Of a stretch of 64,000 nucleotides of DNA, positions 1-12,357 are shown piece by piece. Position 1 is the stretch's first letter; each line of letters opens with the position of its first letter. A program made the position numbers and the translations under genes. Source of the stretch: Rhizodiscina lignyota (lineage: Eukaryota); NCBI GenBank assembly GCA_010015805.1, contig ML978123.1, positions 1,612,001 through 1,676,000 of the forward strand, in the 5' to 3' direction. Below the pieces are notes generated by a model that was not told the origin of the DNA, did not search any database, and saw only the letters and a program-made list of their open reading frames with translations.

Positions 1-1002
1 TGTAGACGACGTAATACAATATAGCATTGTTTCCACTCAGTTGGGTCCATACGTGCACCGAGATACCGCAGGAGACGCGGAGGATATTGTCTTTCTGGAT
101 TAGTTCCGACCAGCTCACATGCCCTCGTGAGTTGTCGATAGAGATAGCTTCTCGGATCTCGATATACTCAGCCCGAACAAGAGGAGATTCTGCGTTGCCA
201 TTGCCATGAAGATCGGCGAGCACTTGGAGCGTCTCCTCCCAGCGGTCCTTGGAAGCGAGCCAGCGAGGAGATAGAGGGACGAAGAAGAGGCCAAAGAACA
301 TTAACAGCGCTGGCGCGATCTGTACGGCCCAGGGAATGATAAATGTGCTGTTGTTTTTGGTAAAGCTTGCGCCGTAGGAGATGTAGTACATTATTAAGGC
401 CTGTGACGTGCTCGGCAGTCAGTAAAGTGGTTGAAACAGGTTGAACTGACGTACTCCCCACGTAATTGCCCACTGCTGCAGTGAAACAATTCTCCCACGA
501 ATCTCTCTCTTAGTGAGCTCTGCTAAGAGAGTCGGACCCGTGCTGGTAAATATTCCTAGAATCCTTTAGTGCCTCTGCCATGAAGATGTTCTGAATCGAG
601 CTACTGACCCACGCCGAAGCCGCAGAGGAACCTGAAAGATTAGCATTGGATGTATCATTAATCCATGCATAATTCTACTAACCGGCCTACAATAAGCATT
701 GCAATGTCTACGCTAGCAGCGCATAGGATGGCTCCAATGATGAAGATCACGTCTCCAATCTGAAGTAGAAGTCTTCGACCAAGATAGTCCATGAGCGCAA
801 ATGCTGCCAGACAGCCTATAAAGGAGCCTCCAGATATACTAGCTGTGATTCCCCCTTGGGTCGTGGAGTCTGGACTTCCATAGTGAGTCTTGAACGGCTT
901 GGTACTGATGATAGCAGACAGTGAGGAGATATCGAATCCCTGTAGTAGCCCGCCGATGACAACAATGGAAGTAATAGCGTAGATGTTCGACAATTTACGC
1001 AT
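1..1002 (-). CDS. MFS sugar porter, high-affinity glucose transporter-like; multi-exon, 3' end runs off the window
   Basis: ATG at 1002. Exon 1 reads GGLLQGFDISS and DYLGRR. Downstream exons splice to GRFLCGFGVG, AELTKREIRGRIVSLQQWAITWG and IMYYISYG, typical sugar-porter motifs. Confidence 0.9.
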
Positions 1003-1537
1003 TGTGAAGGTCTCTCCAGTGTTTAGCTTTTAGGTGAATGGTTAAGGAGGTCCTTCAGTTATGAGAGACGATACCGAAGGTTATGATTCGCGACGCTGAC
1101 AGAAAAGCCAAGAGCTCGAATTCGGATGCAGACTTCGTGGCCTTGAAAACAAGCCATATTAGGTTCTCTTTTAGATGCATTATTATCATAGTTCTATTCA
1201 TCGTTAGTCTCCAACCGCGCACGTCTTACAGAATGCGAATCGCGCAATTGATCAATGATCTGCAAGCCCCACCGGGGAGATCATTTTCTCTGCAATTCTG
1301 CCAGGAACAGCAACTTTGCACTGTGCAACAAGACGCGCAACTCACACAATGTTACCCCGAGGCGGGATTTCGAGCTTATTTGCCTGCCAAGTATCTCCAT
1401 GAATGAGAACTCTGGAAACAGGCGCTTCGACACTACACTAATGTCATGACTCGAGCCGGATACACACATCCAGACGACGTGGACCCAGCTTAGACGAAGC
1501 GAAGGAGAATTCTTTCCATCTACACACTTTTCTGGCT

Positions 1538-4500
1538 TTAGAGAGGGATGTCTACCTGCGTGTATGGCCGCAGAACGACTGGTTCTGTGAGTCCATAAGG
1601 CTGAGGCCCATAAGTCGCCGCGTATTGCGCTTGCTCCCAAGATTGAGTGACATTCACTTGAAGCAGCCGATTACGCATCGTTGTCGAGACCTCTATCTTT
1701 ACGTCGTTCACGCCTTTGATCAGATAGTCGCCGACATCAATGACCGGATTCTCCACATCAATTGGGCCTGTCCACCGGCCATTGACCCACAGTCGCGCAG
1801 TCATGAACACATCGCCGAAGTCCAGATAGGCACCGTTAATACCGCTCAGCGGACTCCACGAAAATTTAGTCGTGTATGTGCCAATGCCGGAAGAGTTTTC
1901 AAGCCCAGTGATGTTCGGCCACGGTATCAGCTCGTCGAGGGTGTAATTATGATAAGCGAAGACCGACGTATAGTTGTTCCATTTGTTGGGGTTTGGCAGC
2001 CAATCCTGAACAAGGAGGTGCCATGGTCCTAATTTTATGGGGCGTAGCTCAGCACTTGAAGCTTTCCAAGAGAATTCTCGACCATCGCTCAACTTCATGC
2101 TATGCGGCACATTGGCTGTAGTCTTCGCCACGACCTTATTGCTCGTTGGAGAGTACCCCACGCTCTCAAAGTTCGTTGAAACAATATGATGTGACGGAAC
2201 CTTCACGCCAGAGAAGTATCCGTCTGGAGCAAAAGCAAGAATAGTACTCGCGTTAGACTGTAGGCTTACCCAGACCCGATATCGATCTCCGGAGGTGGTG
2301 TAGTTGATAACAGGAGTAATATCGCCAGTCCATGCATCCAATTCGTATGGGGTGCCTTTCGCTTTGATCGAGACCTCAGTGGAATGGACTTCATAAATAT
2401 CGGAGTTGTATACCCAAAAGTAGTCGACACCAGCGGCCTCATCCACTCTGTGGACATAGAGAATAGGACATGGCGAAAGATTTTGTGCTGCAGGGTATAT
2501 GCCCATGTCCTGGAGGGTACTCACAACTCCCGCTTCACTCGCAACATGCTTTACCGACGGCGATCGCAATAGCTCTTGAATGCCGGCTCGAACGTTGTTA
2601 TCGCAAGACTGGCAGTAGTATGGTGTTATTTCTGGCACCGGTCCAACGAACAGAATGGGAAAATCGTCTTTAGCATATCGAACAAAGGACGAGAGAGCTT
2701 CAGACGTAATGTTGGTGGAGTTGTCGACGATGAAAGCGGAAAAGCCAGGACTTGGTGGAGCAAGCACGCCATTTTGTACAACGGCATTGTCCTGCGGCAC
2801 GTCAGAAAAGTAGTGTGAAAGTATCAACTTGGGAACTCACCAAACTTAGCAGTGAAGGGCTCACAGAGACATAAGAATAGCCCGTATTGGCTAGCGAGGG
2901 ATGTCCAAAGATGTTCTCGCCCATTCCGTAGTGCTTGATATCTACGGAGATGTACTTGTGACGATAAATCCCAATATCAACTCGCGGCTTGCCGTTTTGC
3001 AAGATAAGCTGTGTGCGGCCGATCCAATCTCCAAACTCTTTCGCATACTTCCAACTTGGTTGGCGCGGACCCCACATCTCCGAGTATGTCCATTCGAATG
3101 TCTACATTGTCTTGTGTAAGTATGGTGCGCATGGCTACGAAGGGAATGAGCGGGTGTCCGTACTGTTAGGCCGGGCCACTCAACTTGCGGCCGCCATCCA
3201 GAGTATGGGTAGCCGTGAGTGACAATGCGATTAACGCCGCCAATGTAATTTATCTTGCAGTCATTGAGTATCAATGGCCATGTCGCAGCATAAGCAAAAT
3301 AGCGATGGGCGCCGAGTTCAGACGAGAAAATCTGCTTCTGGCCCATCATCGCGCCGCCGCCTGCAAAGATTAGCTTAATGCTGCACTGTGTATATTCTGA
3401 AGCGGCCTCACCCATGGCTCGAAAGGCATCGAGCACCCCATCGAAGTAGTTTGACTCGGTTTCTGGAGCATCTATGTGCGCAGCCGCTGAGTTCATATCA
3501 AACGGTGGGGCGAGGTTTGGCGCTGTAGCGTACGGCTGCAAGCTTCCTTGCAGATTCCAAGTCGCAGACCATTTTGACAAGCCATCGAGGTGGTAGCGCT
3601 CGTACATCTCCTGGAGCGCCTGACGATAGTCATTACGAAGTTTCCAGCTGATGTCTTTCCCGCTGTCATCGACAAAAGAGAAGTAAAAAAACCCATTCGG
3701 AAGCGTGCTTGGTGGAACGCCCGTTGTACCAAACTGGCATGGCAAGGCGTGGACGGGGCTGTAGCCTCTCGACTGCGTGAAGAAAGGAATGAAATTATCA
3801 GTCCAAAACAGAGTTGCACGAAATTCAGCTGAGTCTTCCCATGCATACAAGCCGAGTTGCCGCAACAGGTCGCCATTTTCGCCATTCATGACATACTCTT
3901 CCGTGAATTTGGTCCAAAGATTCGTGCCTTCTTGTGAAAAGTGGTCTACAACGTAAGCAAACCATGAGGCAGGATTCGAGGGACTCGTTGCATTGTTGAA
4001 TGCGCCTTGAGCTGCTAGGAATCCAGTGCGACGTTGCCAGAATGCAAAAATGATATAATCGCCGTCTTGTGGAGCTGTGAAATTCAGTCGACCGCCTCTC
4101 ACGCTTGCAGTCACATCCTGCACACTGTCATAGTCCAACTGCACGACTCGTGGATCTTTTGAGGGGTCTGGAGTATCTTGTTAGACGAGCCTTGAGCATA
4201 TATAGAAAGCCACAGCTCACCTTTACTTTTCCGAGCTGCGACTGCAGCAACAAATTTGTTTGTGTAGTTGATCAGCGGAGGATAAAAGTCCGGCCTGGTC
4301 ACACGATTAGCTTAATATTGAGAAATACGCAAAGCATGAGGCACGCTTACGGGTTCGCATAACCAGCGTCGACCTTCTCTGGACCTGGCAATATGTCGCT
4401 AAATGTTTGACCAGATGTAAGATTTATTTGGCCATAGGCAAGCTCTGTGTTCATCCCTGGGGAATCAGGGTCCAAAATTGGAATTGATGCCCCTTGTGTC

Positions 4501-4901
4501 GGACCGAGGGCGAAGTCTATGGTCAAATTGAGTTCTTTCGCCGCACGCAGCAAGGTGTTGAACTTCTGGCGCCATTTTGTGCCTCCGTAGCCATATTCAG
4601 CAGGGTCAACGACCGCAAGTTCGATACCGTAATTCTCTAGACAAATGACTTCTGCGCCGCCCCAGCCAGCATCTTTGATCTCCTTAAGATCATTATAAAG
4701 AACGTCATCGTCGACAAAGGCGTCAGGAATCCAGTATCTGTATGTAGGGCGAGCAAGACCTATCCCGGACGGATCTCTGAAGGCTTGAGCGACATCGTAT
4801 TGAATCCATGGGGCAGGCCGCTTTCCAAAGTCTGATGGTTTGGTAGCCGAAGCTGGGATGATTGTCAACGTGTGAAGGGCGAAAACCAAAAATAGCAACA
4901 T
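1538..4901 (-). CDS. Secreted GH106-like (alpha-L-rhamnosidase family) glycoside hydrolase; multi-exon
   Basis: Signal peptide MLLFLVFALHTLTIIPASA from ATG 4901. Motifs include RPTYRYWIPD, DFALGP, VVDHFS, WEDSAE, PETES, SSELGA and GVNRIVTHGYPY. The C-terminal beta-domain has SGIGTY, ARLWVNG and YGLTEPV. Exons join through canonical introns. Confidence 0.75.
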
Positions 4902-5034
4902 CGTGAACACGTGATCCAAATCCCCTCAAACTTCTTCGAAACGCAGATCGGGAGTGAACACGTACACGACACCTCGCACTTTCGTCCTTCTATAGGTATC
5001 ATCGCCTCATGTATGTTTTTGGCCCCGGATTTCC

Positions 5035-5043
5035 TCCGCCAAT
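5035..5043 (+). promoter_or_regulatory. GARE-like element (TCCNCCAAT; GaaR galacturonate-response motif) in the GH106/GH28 shared promoter
   Basis: TCCGCCAAT lies in the ~420 bp gap between the two divergent ATGs (4901 and 5323). Confidence 0.45.
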
Positions 5044-5322
5044 CAGAGAGCTTTATTGTCCAGCTCACTCTCATCTCTGTTCCTGCATGGTCTTCTGCAG
5101 GTCCGCTTCTATGGATTCGTAGATCCTTCGCGCTTCGTTCACGCGAATACCGAGATGCACTCATTGCTTGCTTGCTTCCAGGACCTCTCTTACACGAAGA
5201 CGAATATGAATATGCAAGTCATTTACTTCAAGCTCTTCAAGATGTGATATATCCGCGTTAACCCTCGTATGACATAAACTCCGGTAACGTGCCTTTCTTT
5301 GCTGTGCCATTCTGAATTCATC

Positions 5323-7054
5323 ATGAAGATTCTTGCAATTCTTGCAGTTCTTTTCTTCTCCATCTTTAGCTCTTCTATTGCAGCCTCCGGAGGTCGTACA
5401 TGCGTGATTCCGGCAGCTGGTGATGGTAGCGATGATTCACCAGCGATCAGAGAGGCATTCCGTGAATGCGGAAACGGGGGGCATATTGTCTTCCAAGAAG
5501 ACAAGACGTACAGCATTGAGACGATGCTCCAGCTTCACAATTTGAGCAGCGTACAAGTCGACATTTTGGGCACCATAATGGTTTGCTTTGTGATCTAGAT
5601 GTTGGACTAGATCCAAATAGTGATCTTGAACAGTTCTCCACCGACGTCCGCTACTGGATTCGACACGGCTCATACTTCTGGTTTCAAAATATCTCTATCG
5701 CATTGGAGTTTTCTGGAGACCACATCACAATTGACGGGCATGACCGTGGCATCATAGATGGACAAGGTTTGACGGCTCACCCACTCCCTCTTTGCCTCTC
5801 GCTGACACCTACGATGATAAAGGTCAGGTCTGGTATGATCGTACGTCTTCCAATTCCTTCATCAAGTGTCCCCAAAAAGCTCTTTGATAACATTTGAACA
5901 GTCGCACTTGGCATTGGCGGGTTATATGGCCGTCCGATCCCTTTCGCACTCCGGAACGCACAAAATTCGGTTGCCAAAAACTTCTGGATCAAGCAATCTG
6001 GCAAATGGTAAGCTGATACACTCCCATATTCCTTCCGATGAATTGACGCTGCAGCAGGAATTTCGTCATTGTGGAATCGAAGAACATTACCGTAGACAAT
6101 ATCAGAATAACTAGCCTATCAGACGACTTTCAGGTATGGGAATGACTGCTCAATACACCTCTGAATTCAAGCTCAGATCCATCAGGCAAATCCAGGCAAT
6201 CTTGGCAATACAGATGGCTTCGATACTCTGTTCAGCGACAATGTTCGAATCATGGTACGTCTATTTCGTGTGAAGCAAATGAAACCCATCTCTGAAGTTC
6301 CATAGAATAGCTATATAGACAGTGGAGATGATTGCGTCAGCTTCAAGCCTGGTAAGCCGATACTTAAAACCGCTCAACTCGTACTTATTCAAGCAGGTTC
6401 GACAAACATTCACGTCCAAAATCTGACCTGCGTCAACACTGCTGGTATAGCCATCGGGAGCCTGGGACAATATGAAGGCCAATTTGACCTAGTCGAGAAC
6501 ATCACGGCAACTGATATAACTGTGAGTGCTGCGTAGTGAACTGCAAATGCCGCTTCTAACGAGAGTGCTTAGCTCATCGGCAGCCGCAATGGCGCTTATA
6601 TCAAAACTTACAACGGGAAAAGTGTTTACTATCCTCCACAAGGCGGCGGGAATGGGACTGGACTAGTCCGTAATGTCTGTGAGTTTCGTTATACCCCATG
6701 GATATCTTGATCAATAGCTAATAGACAAGGAAAGTGTTCAAGAATTTCAATATACAGAACATCACAGCTTCACCAGTTTTAATCCAACAGTGCACACATT
6801 GGGCGGGATGGGATGTTCCACCGTGTGCAGAATTTCCTGCAAACGGCTTCACGTTCTCCAATATCACATGGACCAATTTCACCGGCTACAGCAATCCGAC
6901 GGTGGGGACTACGGAGGTGTCTCTGGTATGCTCACCGAAATCCAAATGCACTGGCCTGTCCTTTGAAGCGATTAACGTTAAGCCCGCAAATGGGTCGGCG
7001 ACTTATTCATGTACCAATGTTGATGGATTGGACAGCTCTTGCAAGGCCTCTTGA
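5323..7054 (+). CDS. Secreted GH28 exo-acting pectinase, exo-rhamnogalacturonase (Rgx)-like; many introns
   Basis: Signal peptide MKILAILAVLFF. Motifs GSDDSPAI, NTDGFD, SGDDCVSFKP, CVNTAGIAIGSLGQY and NGAYIKTY. The last exon ends in TGA at 7054. Confidence 0.85.
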
Positions 7055-7539
7055 TCTACCCGGCCAACCCTAGTTGCACTAAGGAGTAGCGGGGAGATAA
7101 CGAGGATTGAATGGCCCTGAATGCTCACTCCATAGTCTCGGGGAGTCAACTGCTTTTTTTCAGGCCATATTATGCGAATAGTGGATCATATCGCGCAATT
7201 CAAGACCCCCTGTGCCCCTATGTAAACAACCATCCGTATCCCTGCTCAGTTTAAGACCTTTTTTAGCCTCAATTCTGCGGCTCGAACACTTACGGAGTGA
7301 TCTACAAGACTCCGGGATGCACTCTGCCGATCAACGAACCACATCCCCGCTACCCTCGCCTCTTGATCATCCGGCCTGTCACGAGAATCTTCACACTCAG
7401 GCTTCACATTGTCGAACGACATCTATTCGAAGCCGCGTCGCAAATTCCGAAGCCGAGTTTATTATATCTTCTATCTGCACAATTACAGACGCAGCAGAGC
7501 CTGAACCTGGAGAGAGACGTCGAATTTAGATACCGCACG

Positions 7540-9261
7540 ATGGCGTCTCACAACAAACGACGTCCCAATGTTCTCCTTGTGGTTGCTGATGATCTCGGTT
7601 GGTCTGATGTTGGAGCTTTCGGCAGTGAGATCCATACTCCGAATCTCGACAGTCTAGCCAGCCGTGGCATACGCATGACAAACTTTCATACGGCTTCGAT
7701 GTGTTCTCCAACTCGAGCGATGCTCCTTTCTGGGACCGACAATCACATTGTTGGCCTTGGGCAGATGGCGTACTGGGGAGACGCCAGCGTGCCATGGAAG
7801 CGGCGACCTGGCTATGAAGGCTACTTGAACGATCGTGTCGCGGCACTACCGGAGATTTTGCAGGACGCTGGTTATCACACAATCATGTCTGGAAAGTGGC
7901 ATCTGGGTTTGACGGAAGACCGAACACCGCATGCTCGTGGATTCAAGAGATCCTTCGCTCTCATGCCCGGAGGCGCTAACCACTACGCTTACGAGCCGCG
8001 ACATCCTGACGGGCGTCCTGTGTTCGCCCACTGGGCGTCATTGTACTACGAAGACCGCCAGAGGATACATTCGAAAGACTTTCCACAAGACTACTACTCA
8101 TCAGACTATTATGCCACACGAATGATAGATTTTCTTAAGGAATGGGACCAAGATTCAAAGCAAGGCGATAATCCATTCTTTGCGTATCTTGCCTTTACAG
8201 CACCGCATTGGCCCCTACAAGCTCCGAGGGAGATTGTGAAGAAATATGAGGGCATGTATGATGACGGGCCAGATGCTCTCCGAACGAACAGATTGGCATC
8301 GCAAATCCGCCTTGGACTGCTTGATCCCGACGTAGAACCCCATCCAATTGAGACTGATGAGAAGGCGTGGGGCGACATGAGTGAGGAGGAGCGTACCTGG
8401 TCTGCTAAGACTATGTCCGTTTTTGCTGCCATGGTTGAGAGGATGGATTGGAACATCGGCCGCGTTATAAAATATCTGGAAGACATCGGAGAAATGGATA
8501 ATACCTTTATCCTATTCATGTCTGATAACGGCGCGGAAGGCTCCATTATTGAAGCGATTCCAATGACTGGTGATGTTATCAAGCAGTCCATCAACAAGCA
8601 CTACGACAACAGCCTCGACAATCTTGGCAATGGCAACTCATTCATTTGGTACGGCCCTCGATGGGCGCAGGCTTCGACTGTCCCTTCACGGATGCACAAG
8701 GGATACGTGACCGAAGGCGGCATTCGCTGCCCAGCCATCATACATTATCCGCCTATCAATGCGACTGGATCTGCTGATAGAGTTACTGACGCATTCACGA
8801 CTGTAATGGATATTCTACCTACAGTCCTGGAGCTTGCCAATGTACAAGCGCCTGGTTCTGTTTTCCGAGGAAGAGAGGTAGTCTCCGTCAAGGGGAAATC
8901 ATGGCTGGACCACCTTAACGGAACCGCATCTGTACATGAAAGTGACACTGTGACCGGGTGGGAGCTATTCTTCCATCAAGCGATCCGAAAAGGAGACTAC
9001 AAAGCCGTCTTTATCCCCAAACCGAAAGGTCCCGAGAAATGGCAGCTTTACGATTTGTCTCGAGATATGGGTGAGATTCATGACCTTGCGGAAGAGAAGT
9101 CCGATATCCTAAACGACCTCGTAAAGCATTGGCTAGCATATGTTGCTGAATTTGGAGTCTTCCTGTGAGTGTGCTCTGTTCGAATAATGACTCGGGATGA
9201 CCGCTGATAATTTCCAAGAAAGGAAGAGCTGGACCCAGATTTCGTCCTGCCAAAGCAGTGA
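7540..9261 (+). CDS. Formylglycine-dependent (S1) arylsulfatase, AtsA-like, no signal peptide
   Basis: RPNVLLVVADDLGWSD, CSPTRAMLLSG (CxPxR), GKWHLG, APHWP and SDNG. An intron starting GTGAGT near 9165 adds a final exon KEELDPDFVLPKQ* ending at 9261. Confidence 0.92.
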
Positions 9262-9311
9262 ATGATCCACACCCCTCACAAACTGTACTGATCTTCACCG
9301 ATGAATCAAAT

Positions 9312-9370
9312 GGGCTTTTAGACAGCCTTTATAAATCCGGGCTTTTAGACAGCCTTTGTATCCGGGCTTT
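9312..9370. repeat. Imperfect tandem repeat, about 2.3 units of 25-27 bp, overlapping the transporter stop codon
   Basis: GGGCTTTTAGACAGCCTTTATAAATCC / GGGCTTTTAGACAGCCTTTGTATCC / GGGCTTTT. Confidence 0.85.
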
Positions 9371-11412
9371 TCGCCTCCCCGACAAATTCTTCGTTCGTCT
9401 TCGCATGCAGCGTCACTGCGACCTCTCCAGTCAGCTTCGCATCGACATCAGGCACGAACCATGTCAAGATGAAACCAATAGCACTGAACGCTATGGTTGT
9501 CAGGAATACAGTCCGGTACGCATCCGCAGTTGCAAACTTGTAAGCCCTCGTCCCAGTTGCAAGGATTGATGGTGTCAATCCGGGCACTGCGTCAAATGCC
9601 GCCTGTGTCCCATTGGTATAGGCGGCCAAGAAGGCCTCAGTTGATCCAGGGGGCAGTCCTGCAGCAATAAGTGCCGGAGGGACCTGCGAAGGGATAGTTT
9701 TCGCGAGCCGGTTCGATAAAACGACTGTGTACACGGTGGAGCACAGTGTCGAGAAAAAGGAGCGGGAAGACCCGCCGATACCCAGAGCTGTGCCTATTTC
9801 GCGCTGATCATCTAGGCAGATTGTCGCGCAGGTTGATGTGAGGCACTCGTTTGCGCCAATAAAAGTTGTACCAAGGAGAAGTATAACGATCGCTCGGGTC
9901 GGAGTGTCCGGCGTGCACGAGGCCATAGCTAAAAATGCTATTAGTGAGTCGAGCTGCGATGCCAACGCTGGAGAATAGGGAATACTGACCAGCCAAGAGG
10001 GCACAACCCGTGAAGAAAATAAATCTAATCACCCAATGCATTTTTTTCTTTACAAAGCCCGCAAGGATCTCTCCCAATGTGATACCTGCGCCGACAACCC
10101 CAGATGCCCAACCCGCCCAAATATGCCCATGCCCTTCCGCATAAAGGCCCGTTATCATATCCGGCCAAATGATGGCAAATGCGTAGTAGACCGAGGCGCC
10201 GATCGACCAGATCAGAATAAGAACTAACCACCCTCGATTTTTCATGAGATGCATCGGTAGTAATGGCCTGGTCTACATTAGTGACAATCCCAAGCAGCTA
10301 TGTTACTTTGAGCTTACTCTTTTAGTGGCATGTAGGCCTCGTACAGAAAAAATGCGACCAGAAGGAGGAATCCGATGATAATGCATGCAATGACGTGCGC
10401 TGACTTCCAGGGATAAAGACTCCCACCCCAAGATAGGCCCATGAGGAAGAGAAGCAGTCCAAGTGTTGCCAGGGCTGTTCCGATGTAGTCGAACTCCTTG
10501 ATATACTTCAATTTGCGGCCGTGGCCGTGCTTCATGACAAATGTGGGCGGGTGATAGAAAAAGTACCAGGATGCAGTACAGAGCGCATTCAAGCCTGTCA
10601 GAAGATAGAAGACCCCTCGCCATTTGACACGTGTGTTGTACTGGAAGGCATATCCAACGACCGGCCCAAAAGGATTAGGAGGAATGAGCCAAAGGTAACA
10701 ATACGAGTTCGCAAGGATGCGATATCGCATTGGGACGAGCTCCCCGACGGCAAAAACAAAGCTCAACTGGGCCGATGAACCCAAACTAAAAATTTAGATC
10801 AGCTATGCCTGTGTATGCCTTTCCATGCCTTGACAGTGTTATACCCAATGATAGTCTCACCGGCGATCATCGCAGGTATATTAGGCGCAACCGCACATAC
10901 TATGCTTCCCAAAAGTGCAAGCGCACTTCCGATTACGAAGAACCAACGTCGACCGAAAATGTCTGAGGTAAATCAGTCAGCGCGACAACTAACTCAATGG
11001 TGTCTGCTCACGTACCTGTTAGCCGGCCAACTATCTAGATTGAGGGGAGCAATTTAGCACAGTTCTGGAATTCATGTTCGCACCACAAGATTCTAACCAT
11101 CAGACCCACGCTGCCGGTGAGCGTGTAAGTAAGCGCAACCCAAGTTATGTACGGACTGGGGCCGATGTCTTCGTTTACGAAGCTCAGAATTGGAGCAATG
11201 TAAGAAAATCCGGCAACACCGCACATCAGGCTCATGCCGATTGCGAACATAGATCCCCAGAAGTAAACACTACGAAAGTATCCGTCTGGGAGGTCAACAT
11301 CGTCAATGGAGAAGATTTTGCCTGCTGCATTGTCTTCATCGATGGCCTTCGGGTCCTCTATCTCCTCTTCCACTTCAGATCGTACGGGCGGCTTCTCGGT
11401 GTTGTCTTCCAT
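9345..11412 (-). CDS. TRI12-like fungal MFS efflux/transport protein; multi-exon
   Basis: GYFRSVYFWGS, EDIGPS, DIFGRRWF, GELVPMRYR, WRGVFY, FYHPPTF, GLSWGGSLYPWKSAHVI and AYRTVFLTTIAF. Confidence 0.88.
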
Positions 11413-11955
11413 GTTGAGTAAATTCCTTTATGGCTATGGAAGATCGAAATCGAGAACTGTGGTATGCCCATTCATTTATGTAGCAACAATGGCGTGCTAG
11501 CGCGCGGGTGTTGAATTCCACAATGGATCGAAATCCTTGTCGATTGCGAATTGCGATCCTTCGAGATCTACAACAATAGAGTAACCTCTTCGGTAGAGAC
11601 CGGCCCAGAGGTATGGGGAAGTTGGAAATCCGGAGGATATCTTTCCAGAGACTCGGAAAAAGAGACCCTTGGTGAGATCAACTAGCGGCGCATCCCAGAT
11701 CTCACAAGGACGTTTTACTTTTGAGCAAATGTAATACACCAAAATGATAATTTGAGAATGAGGTGACAAATTTCTGATTCAGCATACAGAATGAACGAGT
11801 TGAGCTGGGCTTAGAAAGCAGAGTAAAAATACAATGAGGAACATAGCTGCCTCCCCCCGCTGCGCTCCAATCAACTAATGGAAGGATAAAATCTCCCGAG
11901 GATGGTTTCTAGCAAGGCTAACTTTTCGCTGAAGAAAATACATTGAAACGCGGTC

Positions 11956-12357
11956 TCAGGGAGTTTCTTCGAAATGGGTGCTCTGCCAATCGTGCCCATT
12001 GTCGACGTTATAGCAATTCCCTCCCTCGAGCAACAGTGTTTCGGAGTAACCCCCACCGCATCCGGGCAGCTGATAAGTGACTACAGTGGTCAGAGGGCAG
12101 CCAGTGCTCAAGAAGAATGAATGGCGACCTCCGGCATGGATGCATGTGTGGTCAAATCCGTCAGAGTCGCCGTTGTCGCCGTTGCAGTCAAAATCGCTTT
12201 ATGCCGTGAAAGTGCACTCTTCAGTATAATTAATAGTGGTGTTCTGGTTTGACGTGATGGTACTCCGACCGGAGACGGCATTCGCAATTGCATCGACGGG
12301 TTGGCAGAGGGCGAGGCCGAACGCCATGGTGATAGACAGGAGGACGGAAGACTTCAT
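11956..12357 (-). pseudogene. Small secreted cysteine-rich protein (133 codons) interrupted by one in-frame TAA at codon 53
   Basis: Signal peptide MKSSVLLSITMAFGLALC, then EECTFTA*SDFDCNG. The frame stays open through TCIH, GCP, GCGG and GNCYNV to a TGA at 11956. Confidence 0.7.

Noticed and set aside
3361..3411. Apparent 17-aa insertion (EAASEYTQCSIKLIFAG) in the GH106 ORF
   Set aside because: It is a canonical 51-nt GTGAGG..GCTAAT..CAG intron that happens to be in frame.
7297..7539. 81-aa N-terminal extension of the sulfatase shown in the ORF track
   Set aside because: It begins at GTG. The first ATG at 7540 directly precedes the conserved RPNVL start.
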